Origin: Acidobacteriota bacterium | GTDB lineage: Bacteria > Acidobacteriota > Thermoanaerobaculia > Gp7-AA8 | Assembly: GCA_019244185.1 (NCBI GenBank) | Contig: JAFATB010000014.1 | Span: 448,001-512,000, forward strand | Length of the DNA stretch: 64,000 bases | Reading direction: 5' to 3' | Shown: positions 30,754 through 40,720 of the stretch, piece by piece | How positions within the stretch are numbered: the stretch's first letter is position 1 | Layout: every line of letters begins with the position of its first letter | Notes under the pieces: generated by a model | Seen by the model: only the letters and a program-made list of their open reading frames with translations | The model's database searches: none | What the model was told of the DNA's origin: nothing | Program-made: the position numbers and the translations under genes

Positions 30754-31428
30754 TCAGTCGCCTGCGCCGACGAAGATCAGCTCCGCGCCGGGGTGGTCGA
30801 GCCAGTCGGGCGTGTCGAGCTGCGCGTAGCGGCGGTCGCGGAAGCGCTGCTGCAGCGACGGCGGGAACGGCGTCGGAATGGTGACGTGCAGCTCGAGCCC
30901 ATCGAAGAGCTCCGACTGGAGATCGGGCGGATCGCTGAGACCCCACAGCGACGGATCGGGATTCGCGACGGTCACGATCACATCGCCGCTGCGTTCGAGC
31001 GCGAGGTGCGCGGCGACGGAGTCGTTGCGCTTCCGCTGCACGTGCCAGCGCAGATGCGCGTGCGCGCCGTGCCACATGAGGTCGTACATGCCCTGCGCGA
31101 ACGGCTGCGCCGCGGGCAGATGGCGCAGGCCGCGCGTCTTCGTGCCGTACACCTGCGCGCCGAGGGCCGCGTGCATGTCGTCGGGGGTCAGTACGAGATC
31201 GACGAAACCCCAGAAGCGATCGTGGCCTTTCGCGCGCGGAACGCGTTTGCGGCCGATGGCGATGAGGCGCTCGAACACGCCATCGGCCGGCGAGAGCAGC
31301 ATCAGCAGACGCTGCACGTCGCCCAGGTCGGTGGGATGTTGTTCTTCGACGCGCGGACGGTAGAGAAACGTGATCGAACCGTGCTCGAGTGTCTCTTCCG
31401 CCGCGACCGCTGACGTTCGCGCCATCAT
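30754..31428 (-). CDS. Conserved hypothetical protein
   Basis: GSITFLYRPRV...DVQRL...GRKRVP...RFWGFVD...LDHPGAELIFVG; GAAGG RBS. Confidence 0.8.
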   Translation of the reverse strand: MMARTSAVAAEETLEHGSITFLYRPRVEEQHPTDLGDVQRLLMLLSPADGVFERLIAIGRKRVPRAKGHDRFWGFVDLVLTPDDMHAALGAQVYGTKTRGLRHLPAAQPFAQGMYDLMWHGAHAHLRWHVQRKRNDSVAAHLALERSGDVIVTVANPDPSLWGLSDPPDLQSELFDGLELHVTIPTPFPPSLQQRFRDRRYAQLDTPDWLDHPGAELIFVGAGD

Positions 31429-31454
31429 CCTTCACTACTTCAAATCAGGTGCCG

Positions 31455-32153
31455 TCAATCGCCGGAAACGAGTGCATTCATCCGCCATTTCTCGCCTTCT
31501 TTGAGGAAGCCAGCCCGCAGCGCGATCGGGCTGCGGATGAGCGCGTCTTCGACGTAGCCGGAGTGCCCGTCGAACGTCGTGATGCGGCGCCAGCCGTGCT
31601 GCGCCGGCTCGAGCTTGACGATGTCGTACGAGAGGGTCGCGATCGGCTTGCCGTTCGGCGCGTCGTGCAACGGAACGGAATCGCCGAGGATCGCGCCGCT
31701 GGTGAAGGCGTCATGGGATTCAGGCCAGGCGCTGTAGACGTACGGCGCCCAGAACATCCCTTCGCGGAACGAGCCGCCGTGCGTGAGGATCGTCGCGAGC
31801 TCGTCCCACGCGCCGGGACGCGCGAGCGCGTCGCGCAAGGCCGCGCTGCCGCCGCCCGCGCCGAACGACGTGCGGATCTTCGGATCGCTCAGCGCGACGA
31901 CGGCGTCGACGTCGCGCCGATGCACCGCGTCGAGGAGCTGGTGGCGATACGCGGCGAAGCTCGCGTCGCGCTTGCCTTCATCGACCGGCGTGAGCTTCGG
32001 CCCCGCGACATTCGGCAGCGTTGGCTGCGCGGCTTGCGAGGTCGTCGGCGGTGGCGATGGCGGCGTCTGCGATTCCGTCTGCGCGGGCTCCGGTTGCGTC
32101 TGCCGCGTACACGCGATCGCCAGGAGAACACCGACTGCGAAAAAGCGCTTCAT
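31455..32153 (-). CDS. Lipoprotein with C-terminal SH3-like domain
   Basis: Lipobox LAIAC, P/Q-rich linker, FWAPY, GYV...IRSP...AGF....W.M..LVSGD. Confidence 0.8.
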   Translation of the reverse strand: MKRFFAVGVLLAIACTRQTQPEPAQTESQTPPSPPPTTSQAAQPTLPNVAGPKLTPVDEGKRDASFAAYRHQLLDAVHRRDVDAVVALSDPKIRTSFGAGGGSAALRDALARPGAWDELATILTHGGSFREGMFWAPYVYSAWPESHDAFTSGAILGDSVPLHDAPNGKPIATLSYDIVKLEPAQHGWRRITTFDGHSGYVEDALIRSPIALRAGFLKEGEKWRMNALVSGD

Positions 32154-32192
32154 GCGCCCGTTCTTTGCAACCCTCGGGCGCGGAGGATCACC

Positions 32193-32777
32193 ATGGATGT
32201 GAAAGGTCGCAGAATCGCCATCATCGTCACCGACGGGTTCGAGCAGATCGAGCTGACGAGCCCGCGTGAGGCGCTCGAGAAAGCGGGGGCGAAGTGCCTC
32301 GTGCTCGCGCCGAAAGGCGGCGAGGTGCAGGGTTTCAAACATCACGACAAAGCGGACAAGATCAAAGTCGATCTCGAGCTCGGCAAGGCCGACCCGAACG
32401 ACTTCGACGCGGTACTGCTCCCCGGCGGCGTCATCAACGGAGACGCCATTCGCGTCGAGGAGAAGGCGCAGCAGTTCGTGCGCGACATCGACCGCGCCGG
32501 CAAGCCGGTCATGGTCATCTGCCACGGCGGCTGGATTCTCGTTTCGTCCGGACTCGTGCGCGGCCACACGATGACCAGCTGGCCGACGCTGCAGGACGAC
32601 ATCCGCAACGCCGGCGGCACGTGGCAGGACAAGGAAGTCATTCGCGACCGCAACTGGGTCAGCAGCCGCAAGCCGGACGATCTCCCCGCATTCAACCGCG
32701 CCATCGTCGAGCTGCTCGCGGACACCGCGAACCGTGCGAACGCGCGTCCCGAGTCGCGCGACGAAGCGCGCGCGTGA
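32193..32777 (+). CDS. PfpI / DJ-1 family type 1 glutamine amidotransferase-like protein
   Basis: GGAGGA RBS; DGFEQIEL, LPGG, ICHG, SSRKPDDLPAF. Confidence 0.93.
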   Translation: MDVKGRRIAIIVTDGFEQIELTSPREALEKAGAKCLVLAPKGGEVQGFKHHDKADKIKVDLELGKADPNDFDAVLLPGGVINGDAIRVEEKAQQFVRDIDRAGKPVMVICHGGWILVSSGLVRGHTMTSWPTLQDDIRNAGGTWQDKEVIRDRNWVSSRKPDDLPAFNRAIVELLADTANRANARPESRDEARA

Positions 32778-32883
32778 GGTGATGCGAGCCCGCGCGACGG
32801 CGCATGTGCGTCGTCGCGCGGGGATGCGTCGTCACGGCAACGGCCGCGACTTTCCGCCGCGACGCGCGTTATTCTCCGCGGCG

Positions 32884-33768
32884 ATGACGCGAAGGCACTG
32901 TCCGCTCTGCGGTGAGGATCGGCCGCGCCTGCTCGCGACGGTCGCGGCGCGCACGATCTGCGACGGCAACACCACGTACCGTCCCGACGCGCCCTCGCTC
33001 CTCGGCATCGACACCGCGGCGGAATTCGCGTTCGTGCGTTGTCTCGCGTGCGGCTTCGTCTACGCGCAGGACGCGCCCGGCGCGGCGCTGCTCGAGCGGC
33101 TCTACAACGTTGTCATCGACGCGGAGCGCGCGTACGCGGAGTCGCATCAGCCTTCGTGGGTCGCGCATCAGCTGCAGCTTGCGGCGACGCTGCTCGCGCG
33201 CTTCGAAAATCGCGAGACCGCGAACATCCTCGACTACGGTTGCGGCCACGGCGCGATCGTGCGCGCGCTCGCGTGCACCGGCTACGAGTACGCGGAGAGC
33301 GTCGCCGCCGCGGGACGCGCGCGCGGTTTGGCGATCTTCTCCGACATGAACGAGATCCGCGCCCGCGCGCCGTTCGACGGGATCGTGCTGAGCGACGTCC
33401 TCGAGCACGTGCCGGAGCCGCGCGCCACGCTGGCCACGTGCCGCGACCTGCTGCACGCCGGCGGCTGGATCTGCGTCAGTGTTCCCGACTTCAGCGAGCG
33501 CCGTGCGCGGGCGGTGTTCGACGCGCTGCGCCGCGGCGAGGCAGTCACGCGCGAGGTGAACCCGTGGGAGCACCTCAACTACTTTTCGCCGGAGACGCTC
33601 GCGGCGATGCTGACGCGCGGCGGTTTCGTCGTCGAACCGTACGCGACGGCGACGTTCGGGTTGCGTCCGGCCGGGTGGGGCAATGCGCTCAAGTCCGCCG
33701 GCCGCATGCTCGGGTTCGCCGCGCGTCCGCACGCGACGACGACGACGCTCCTCGCCCGGCGCGACTGA
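32884..33768 (+). CDS. Class I SAM-dependent methyltransferase with N-terminal zinc ribbon
   Basis: CPLC...CLACG, ILDYGCGHG, DVLEHVPEP, EHLNYFS. Confidence 0.88.
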   Translation: MTRRHCPLCGEDRPRLLATVAARTICDGNTTYRPDAPSLLGIDTAAEFAFVRCLACGFVYAQDAPGAALLERLYNVVIDAERAYAESHQPSWVAHQLQLAATLLARFENRETANILDYGCGHGAIVRALACTGYEYAESVAAAGRARGLAIFSDMNEIRARAPFDGIVLSDVLEHVPEPRATLATCRDLLHAGGWICVSVPDFSERRARAVFDALRRGEAVTREVNPWEHLNYFSPETLAAMLTRGGFVVEPYATATFGLRPAGWGNALKSAGRMLGFAARPHATTTTLLARRD

Positions 33769-33799
33769 ACCGGCCCGGAGCATGCACAGCAACCTGTGC

Positions 33800-34468
33800 A
33801 TGGCGGCTCGAGCATCGCAGCCGGCGCAGCGCTGCCGGCGCAAGTTTCTGCGCTTCTTCCCGGAGGGCTTTCGCGACGAGACGTATCTCGCGTGGGAGCG
33901 CGACTACAAAGCGGAGGCACACGCGAGGTGGTCCGAGGCGCTGGGGAAGGATGCGTTTCGCGCGCTGCTGCGGAAGCGCGCGTGGAGCGACGTCGCGGCG
34001 ACGGCGGTGAAGATCGAGTCGCGGACGAACCTTCTTTTCTCGTTCGAGAAGATGGCGTTGCGCGATGCGGTGCGCGACGCGAACGGCGCGCGGACGTTCG
34101 CAGAAGGGCTGTACGACTGGCTGCACGGCAGCGGCTCGATGGAGGCGCGTTTCGCGCGCTGGTGCGAGGCGGTGGCGTCGTTGCCGCGGCGGCAGACCCG
34201 CGTGCTCACCTGGCCGCTGGTCACGGTGTGGGGCTTTCTCGCGCTGCCGAAGGAGCACATCTTCCTCAAGCCGAACGTCACGAAGCGCGCGGCGGCGGAG
34301 TACGCGTACGACTTCGACTATCGCTCGCAGCCGAACTGGACGACGTACGCGAGCCTGCTCGACTTCGCCGCGACCGTGCGCCGCGACCTGCGCGACCTCA
34401 GGCCGCGCGATTTGATTGATATCCAATCATTTTTGTGGGTCCAGGGCTCGGACGAATACGAGGAGTAA
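33800..34468 (+). CDS. Conserved hypothetical protein (WERDYK...FLKP...RDLIDIQSFLWV)
   Basis: Protein-like ORF; start uncertain (33782 or 33800). Confidence 0.8.
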   Translation: MAARASQPAQRCRRKFLRFFPEGFRDETYLAWERDYKAEAHARWSEALGKDAFRALLRKRAWSDVAATAVKIESRTNLLFSFEKMALRDAVRDANGARTFAEGLYDWLHGSGSMEARFARWCEAVASLPRRQTRVLTWPLVTVWGFLALPKEHIFLKPNVTKRAAAEYAYDFDYRSQPNWTTYASLLDFAATVRRDLRDLRPRDLIDIQSFLWVQGSDEYEE

Positions 34469-34477
34469 GATCGAACC

Positions 34478-34711
34478 ATGGCACGCGGATGGGAATCGAA
34501 GTCCGTCGAGTCGCAGCAGCACGAAGAGTTCGGCGAAACGCGCCGCGGCGCGGCCGGTGAGGACGCGGAACGCGCGCGCAAACGCGAGAGCCTCGAGCTC
34601 TCCCGCCGCCGCATCGCCCGCGAGCTCGAGACCGCGAAGTCCGCCGTGCACCGCGCGGCGCTGCAGAACGCGCTCGCACATCTCGACGGCGAGCTGGCGA
34701 AGCTGGGGTAG
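34478..34711 (+). CDS. Small conserved coiled-coil hypothetical protein (MARGWESKSVESQQ)
   Basis: Follows the previous gene by 9 bp; helical composition. Confidence 0.75.
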   Translation: MARGWESKSVESQQHEEFGETRRGAAGEDAERARKRESLELSRRRIARELETAKSAVHRAALQNALAHLDGELAKLG

Positions 34712-34788
34712 GCCGAGGACGCATGGCCATCAATCCGTAAAAACGGCGAAGTCTCGGTTCCGGTCCCTCCAACCGTTGGAGGTGACCC

Positions 34789-36327
34789 ATGAAACCGACG
34801 ATCCATGCACGTCCCCATGGCAATCGAATCCGCGGAACCGATCTCTCGCGCAGCTCGCCGCTGTTCGAGGGACCGTTCGGCCGCATTTTCCGCGCTCTGC
34901 CACCCGCCGACTTCGGCCCGACCGATGAAGCATCGCAGGCCGCGCTCAACAAACTCGGGGCGGCGATGGTCGCCGACTTCGACCCGCCGAAAGACGGCCC
35001 GGACGACGAGGAAAGCGGCATTCCCGCGGCGTTCACGTACTTCGGGCAGTTCATCGATCACGACCTGACGTTCGATCCCGCGAGCTCGCTGCAGCGGCAG
35101 AACGATCCCGACGCGCTGGTCGACTTCCGTACGCCGCGCTTCGATCTTGACAGCGTCTACGGCCGCGGCCCCGACGATCAGCCGTACCTGTACGCGGACG
35201 GCCGCACGTTCAACCTCGGCGAGGCGCTCACCGGCGCGGCCACGAATCCGCGGGCGCGCGATCTGCCGCGCAGCCGCGTCTTCGACGGCGAGAAGTTCAA
35301 TGCCGCACGGGCCATCATCGGCGATCCGCGCAACGACGAGAACACGATCGTCTCGCAGCTGCAGGGACTCCTCCTCCGTTTCCACAACAGCATCGCCAAC
35401 GCGCATCCCGACTGGGACTTCAAGCGCGTGCAGCGCGAGGTCCGCTTTCACTACCAATGGATCGTGTTGAACGACTTCCTTCCGACGATCGTCTCGCACG
35501 ACGTGCTCGACGACGTGCTGCCGCATCTGAAGAAGAAGACGAACATCGTCGCGGATCCGCCGCGGCTTCGCTTCTACCATCCGAAATACGACCTCTTCAT
35601 GCCGCTCGAGTTCTCCGCGGCGGCGTACCGCTTCGGTCATTCGATGGTGCGTCCCGGCTATCGCGTCAGCGAGACCATTCCGCCGCTGCCGATCTTCGAC
35701 TTCGATCCGACGAAACCGTCGCTGACCGGGTTCCAGCCGGTGATCAGCACGTGGGCGATCGACTGGAATCTCTTCATCGATCTCTCGCCGCGCGACCCCG
35801 ACGATCCGACGCGCCTCCAGCTCGCCTACAAGATCGACACGTCGCTCGTGAATCCGCTCGGCAAACTGCCCGAGCGCGTCGCGACGAATCCGCCGAACCT
35901 CGCGCAGCGCAATCTCCTGCGCGGCTGGCGGCTGCGGCTGCCGAACGGCCAGGACATCGCGCGCGCGATGGGACTGGTGCCGCTCGCCGACGATCACATC
36001 CGCATCGGCAAGTTCACCGGCGCCGCCGGCGACATCAAGGGCGACATCGTGACCGTCGGCGGTCCGGAGTTCGCCGGCAATTGTCCGCTCTGGACGTACG
36101 TCCTTGCCGAGACGCAGGAGGTGAACGTCAAAGTGCACACGACCAAAGGCACGCGTCAGATCAAGACGCGCCGCCTCGGTCCCGTGGGCGGCCGCATCGT
36201 CGCCGAGACGTTCGCCGGTCTCCTCCTCGGCGACAGCAGTTCCTATCTGTCGCAGGATCCGCTGTGGAAGCCCGCGACGACGCCGTTCGGTCTGCGCGAG
36301 CTCGTCGCCGCGGCGCTGAATGGCTGA
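34789..36327 (+). CDS. Heme peroxidase (animal-type peroxidase-cyclooxygenase superfamily)
   Basis: GGAGG RBS; FGQFIDHD, DPRNDEN, AAYRFGHS, PLWTYVL.E, LGPVGGRIVAE. Confidence 0.92.
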   Translation: MKPTIHARPHGNRIRGTDLSRSSPLFEGPFGRIFRALPPADFGPTDEASQAALNKLGAAMVADFDPPKDGPDDEESGIPAAFTYFGQFIDHDLTFDPASSLQRQNDPDALVDFRTPRFDLDSVYGRGPDDQPYLYADGRTFNLGEALTGAATNPRARDLPRSRVFDGEKFNAARAIIGDPRNDENTIVSQLQGLLLRFHNSIANAHPDWDFKRVQREVRFHYQWIVLNDFLPTIVSHDVLDDVLPHLKKKTNIVADPPRLRFYHPKYDLFMPLEFSAAAYRFGHSMVRPGYRVSETIPPLPIFDFDPTKPSLTGFQPVISTWAIDWNLFIDLSPRDPDDPTRLQLAYKIDTSLVNPLGKLPERVATNPPNLAQRNLLRGWRLRLPNGQDIARAMGLVPLADDHIRIGKFTGAAGDIKGDIVTVGGPEFAGNCPLWTYVLAETQEVNVKVHTTKGTRQIKTRRLGPVGGRIVAETFAGLLLGDSSSYLSQDPLWKPATTPFGLRELVAAALNG

Positions 36328-36396
36328 TTCCTGCCGGACGGCGGCGCGTGGTGAGCCGCCCCGCCGTCCGGCATTTCCCGTGCACCGCCGCGCGTC

Positions 36397-36582
36397 GTGG
36401 CCACGCTCGCCGTCGTGCTGTTCGTCGTCGTCGCCGTCGCGCTGATTCTGCTGCGGCAACCGGTTGCGTTGGCGCAGGGCGCGGTGCTCGGCGGGCGGCT
36501 GGGCGCGGGCTGCGTCATCGCGCAGGCGGTGCTGCTGTTGGTCGCGGCAGGAGTGCTCTTTCTCCTCCGCGACCAACTCTAG
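36397..36582 (+). CDS. Small membrane protein (2 TM)
   Basis: 61 aa, hydrophobic, fills the gap. Confidence 0.55.
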   Translation: MATLAVVLFVVVAVALILLRQPVALAQGAVLGGRLGAGCVIAQAVLLLVAAGVLFLLRDQL

Positions 36583-36594
36583 CGCCGGCGCCCG

Positions 36595-37215
36595 TTACGC
36601 TCCCGGGCGCGCGGGCGGCGGCGGCGCGAGCACGGCGTCGGGCACCTGGTTGTGCACCGGCTTGATCGTGCGCAGGTACGCGTACACCGACTTGAGGTCC
36701 TCGTCCGTCATCTTCGCGTAGTTGAACCACGGCATCGGCGGGAGGATCGGGCGCGACACGCCCCAGTGGCGGCCGGTGCGGATGGTCTTGATGAACATCG
36801 CCTCGTCCCAGATGCCGATGCCGGTCATGCGGTCCGGCGTCAGGTTGCGCGCGTAGCTGATGCCCCACGGCCCCGCGAACGCGGTGTTCGTTCCGTTGCC
36901 GCTCCACATCCACGCGGGATCGCCGTGCTTCGGCGCGGCGGAGATCTTCACCTCTTCGGGATGTCCGGAGAGCATGCGGCTCATGTCGGGCTCGGGGCCG
37001 TTCGCGCCCATCTTCAGCGGCGTGTGGCAGTCGTTGCAGCCGCCGACGGTGACGAGGTACTGGCCGCGCGCGACGCGGGCCCGCGCGAGCTGCGCTTCCT
37101 GCTTCGCCGCGCTGTTCGCGCTGACGCGCGCGGAGCCGAACGCGGTGATGGAGATCGCGATGGCGAGGCTCACGATGGTGAGCGCGAGGGTCGTGATGCG
37201 GTGGCGTGTGGTCAT
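36595..37215 (-). CDS. c-type cytochrome (cytochrome c-553-like)
   Basis: GGAGGA RBS; signal/TM; RGQYLV, CNDCH, NLTPD..TGIG.W, PPMPW. Confidence 0.92.
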   Translation of the reverse strand: MTTRHRITTLALTIVSLAIAISITAFGSARVSANSAAKQEAQLARARVARGQYLVTVGGCNDCHTPLKMGANGPEPDMSRMLSGHPEEVKISAAPKHGDPAWMWSGNGTNTAFAGPWGISYARNLTPDRMTGIGIWDEAMFIKTIRTGRHWGVSRPILPPMPWFNYAKMTDEDLKSVYAYLRTIKPVHNQVPDAVLAPPPPARPGA

Positions 37216-37287
37216 GATGTCCTCCGTTCGTTGCTGAACCATTCGTTGCAGAACTACGGAGAATCTAGGCGGCGCGACCACGCGTCA

Positions 37288-37370
37288 TTCCTAAGTCTTT
37301 CCTAGCGTCATGCGAAAAGATGCGCGCCACCGTGCGCGCGGCGTCAGCGCATTCCTAAGCGTTCCTTAAA
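37288..37370. promoter_or_regulatory. Two tandem pairs of CTAAG-like half-sites (11-bp period), candidate response-regulator boxes
   Basis: TTCCTAAG-TCT-TTCCTAG at 37288-37305 and TTCCTAAG-CG-TTCCTTAAA at 37352-37370; CATTCCTAAG occurs twice. Confidence 0.45.
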
Positions 37371-37447
37371 TTCACGACTTTTTCATGGCCGGCGCCGGTT
37401 ATGCGTGACGAAGCCGACCTATATTCACTTCGGTCCGAAGGTCCAGC

Positions 37448-39205
37448 ATGTTGTCATTCCTCAATCGAGTTTCCGGAAAAGGGACGCAGCCGCGGGCAGC
37501 CGGGGCGCGCGACGAGCGTCTGCGCGGCGCGTTCGACGTCGCGCCGATCGGCCTCGGCATCGCCGCGCTCGACGGCCACTGGATCCTCTTCAACGACGCC
37601 TGCTGCGCGCTCCTCGGCTACACGCGCGATGAGCTCCACCGCGTCCGCCTCAACGACATCACCCATCCCGACGACGCCGCGCGCGAGCTCGCGTTCATCA
37701 AGCGCGTGCTGAACGGCGACGCGCAGCGCTACCGCATCGAGAAGCGCACCATCGACAAGAGCGGCGCGTATCGCGACGTGCACGTCACCGTCGCGCTGGC
37801 CCGCGGCGGCGAGAGCGGCGACAGCTTCGTCTACGTCATCGAGCCGGCGCACAAGCAGGTCGAGAGCGGCCGCGACGCCGAGCATCTCGCCGCCGTCGTG
37901 CTCGACCGCCTCTCCGAGACCGCCGTCATCCGCACCGACGCGCGCGGCGCCATCACCGGCTGGAACGCCGGCGCCGCCGCGATCCTCGGCTACACGCGCG
38001 AGCAGATCGCGGGCAAGAACCGCCGCGTGCTCTACCGCGATCAGGACAACTGGGACGATCGTCCCGGCGATCAGCTGCGCATCGCCGCCGAGCAGGGCCA
38101 CTGCGAGCGCGAGGAGTTCCGCGTGCGCCGCGACGGCACGCACGTCTGGCTCCGTAGCTCGGTCCTGCCGTTCGCGCCCGGCGGCATCGTGCGCGGCTAC
38201 ATCGAAGTCCTCACCGCGCCCGCGAACAGCGAGCCGGAGCTGCGCGAGGCGCTCACCCGCACGCAACATGAGCTCGAAGCGGAGCGCACGCGCGCCGCGT
38301 CGCTCAAGACGCTCGCCGCCAGCCGCGCGCGCGAGCTCAAGCTCGTCGCGATCGCGCTGCGCCGCGAGATCAACAAACGCAAAGCACTCGAGAGCGAGCT
38401 CGCCGCGTCGCGCGTATCGCTCGTGAATCCGACTCCCACAACGGTGCCGGCTCCCGCCGAGCCGCGCATCGCGATCGCGATGATCCGGCCGACGACGCTG
38501 CCGTCGCCGCCGGCCAGCGCGCCGGCTGCCGAGGAGATCGCGCATTTGACGGCGACGGGGGATGTGATCCTCGAGCCGGAACGCCACGCCTGGTCGACGC
38601 TCGGCAACCGCTCGCCGCTCGAGCTCCTCGGCGAGCTCGTCGAAGCACAGCGCAGCGGCCTGGTGATCTTCGTCTGCGGCGAGCGGCACACCGCGATCCA
38701 TCTCGAGCGCGGACGCATCTCCTCGTGCGCGTCGAACGATCCCGCGTCGTTCCTCGCCGAGCGGCTCGTGCGCAGCCAGATCATCAGCGAAGGACAGCGC
38801 AACAAGGCGCTGGAGATGGCGGAAGAGACCGACCTCGCGTTCGGACGCGTGTTGATTCTCCTCGGCATCCTCACCGACGAGCAGGTCGCGCTCGCGGTGC
38901 GCGAGAAGGTCGAGAACGAGATCGCCGCGCTCGCCGAATGCCGCGACTGCCGCTGGAACTTCGTCGAGAAATCCCCGCCGCGCGGCAAGCTCGTGTCGAT
39001 CAACGTCGACTTCCACGAGCTCCGCGCCGTGCGCGCGCAACGCACGCGCTTCATCGCCTCGCGCACGGGCACGTCGTATCACCGCGCCGGCTGCATCTCG
39101 CTGCGCAAGGTCGCCGCGTCCGCGCAGCTCGTGCTCGCGGGCGAAGACGACGCGCGGCGCCGCGACCTCAAGCCGTGCCGCATGTGCCTGCGCCCCGAAG
39201 CCTGA
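37448..39205 (+). CDS. PAS-PAS / coiled coil / DUF4388(PATAN)-like / Ada-type zinc-binding domain protein
   Basis: Two PAS S-box domains; RSGLVIF...IHLERGRI...LAERLVR...FGRVLILLG; C-terminal ASRTGTSYHRAGC...PCRMC. Confidence 0.8.
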   Translation: MLSFLNRVSGKGTQPRAAGARDERLRGAFDVAPIGLGIAALDGHWILFNDACCALLGYTRDELHRVRLNDITHPDDAARELAFIKRVLNGDAQRYRIEKRTIDKSGAYRDVHVTVALARGGESGDSFVYVIEPAHKQVESGRDAEHLAAVVLDRLSETAVIRTDARGAITGWNAGAAAILGYTREQIAGKNRRVLYRDQDNWDDRPGDQLRIAAEQGHCEREEFRVRRDGTHVWLRSSVLPFAPGGIVRGYIEVLTAPANSEPELREALTRTQHELEAERTRAASLKTLAASRARELKLVAIALRREINKRKALESELAASRVSLVNPTPTTVPAPAEPRIAIAMIRPTTLPSPPASAPAAEEIAHLTATGDVILEPERHAWSTLGNRSPLELLGELVEAQRSGLVIFVCGERHTAIHLERGRISSCASNDPASFLAERLVRSQIISEGQRNKALEMAEETDLAFGRVLILLGILTDEQVALAVREKVENEIAALAECRDCRWNFVEKSPPRGKLVSINVDFHELRAVRAQRTRFIASRTGTSYHRAGCISLRKVAASAQLVLAGEDDARRRDLKPCRMCLRPEA

Positions 39206-39224
39206 CGTACACTTCGGGCCGTCC

Positions 39225-40676
39225 ATGAATCGTCTCGTGCTCGCGGCGGCGGCGCTGGCCGTCCTCGGCCTCATCGCGCTCGTTTTCGGCAAGCGGCACG
39301 CGCGCCGGCTGCAGCACGCGCGGCGCATCCGCATCGATCGCTTCAAGCTCAAGCGCCGCCACGCCGAGATCGAGCTCGAAGTCTTCGGCAGCCGCGAGGT
39401 CGTGCGCGCGATTCAGGACTACGCGCGCGAACATCGCGTGACCATCGACGAGGCGCGGCGGCAGGCAAGCCAGTACCTGCGCGAGATCGTGCCGAAGTTC
39501 AACCTGCTCGCGTACTACCGCGTCGGCGCGCCGCTGGCGAGCGCGATCATGCGCTTCCTCTATCGCGTCGTGGTCGAGCGCAAGCCGATCCGCGAGTTCA
39601 ACGAGCGCGGGATGAAAGGCGCGACGGTCGTCTACATCATCAACCACCGCTCGAACGCCGACTACGTGCTCGTCGCGCACATGCTGTTCAAGTTCATCTC
39701 GCTCTCGTACGCGATCGGCGAATGGGCGCGCGTCTGGCCGCTCAATCACGTCTTCAAATGGTTCGGCGGCTATTTCGTGCGGCGGCGTTACCGCGAGCCG
39801 CTGTATCACGCGGTGCTGTCGAAGTTCGTGCAGACGATCACGAAGCACGGCGTGACGCAGGGCGTCTTCATCGAAGGCGGCCTCTCGCGCGACGGCGCGT
39901 TCCAGAAGCCGAAGCTGGGGATGCTCGACTACCTCGTCACCGCGAAACGCGATCCGGAGTTCACGTCGCCGCTGTTCATCATTCCGACGGCGGTGAACTA
40001 CGACCGCGTCCTCGAGGACCGCACGCTCACCGACGAGCTTCTCGGCCGTGAGGAACGCGCCACGAAACGCGAGAAGCTCGCGACGACGTTCGACTATCTC
40101 TTCCGCAACTTCTTCCGCGGCCTCTTCCGCCGCTTCAAACGCTACGGGTACGCGATGGTCACGTTCGGCGCGCCGATCTCGGTCGACGCGTTCCTGCGCG
40201 AGCATCCGGCCGCGCTCTCCGAGGAGTTCGAAGAACGCAAGGCGGATCTGCAGGCGCTCGCGGAACTGGTGATGACCGAGATCTCCGACGCGCTTCCCGT
40301 GACGCCGGTGACGCTCGCCGCGACCGCGTTTCGGCGGCGTCACGTGCTCACCGAACGCGCCATGCTCGCGGAGCTCACCGCGCTCCGCGAGGAATGGCGC
40401 GGCCGTCCGTGGCTCATGCGCGAGAAGACGCCGCTCGAGATCTGGAACGCCGCGAAGTTCGTCCTCACGCTGCGCCACCTCATCCAGCCCGCGGCGGAAT
40501 GGCGCGACGAGCTCTTCGACGGCGGCGATGCCGGCGCGCCGGCGCTCGAGGACGCGTGGATGTGGAACCCGTCCGAGACGACGCTGCGCGACTATTACGC
40601 GAACGCGCTCGTGCCGTTCGCCGACGTGCAGCAGCGCGGTTGGCCGGAGCGGCCGAAGAAGCGAAGCAAACCTTGA
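39225..40676 (+). CDS. Glycerol-3-phosphate acyltransferase family protein (PlsB-like)
   Basis: NHRSNAD (HxxxxD), FVRR, FIEGGLSRDG, PKLGML. Confidence 0.88.
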   Translation: MNRLVLAAAALAVLGLIALVFGKRHARRLQHARRIRIDRFKLKRRHAEIELEVFGSREVVRAIQDYAREHRVTIDEARRQASQYLREIVPKFNLLAYYRVGAPLASAIMRFLYRVVVERKPIREFNERGMKGATVVYIINHRSNADYVLVAHMLFKFISLSYAIGEWARVWPLNHVFKWFGGYFVRRRYREPLYHAVLSKFVQTITKHGVTQGVFIEGGLSRDGAFQKPKLGMLDYLVTAKRDPEFTSPLFIIPTAVNYDRVLEDRTLTDELLGREERATKREKLATTFDYLFRNFFRGLFRRFKRYGYAMVTFGAPISVDAFLREHPAALSEEFEERKADLQALAELVMTEISDALPVTPVTLAATAFRRRHVLTERAMLAELTALREEWRGRPWLMREKTPLEIWNAAKFVLTLRHLIQPAAEWRDELFDGGDAGAPALEDAWMWNPSETTLRDYYANALVPFADVQQRGWPERPKKRSKP

Positions 40677-40720
40677 GACGCACCCGCCAACACTTTGCCC
40701 CGCTGGCGCGTTTTCCTGGC

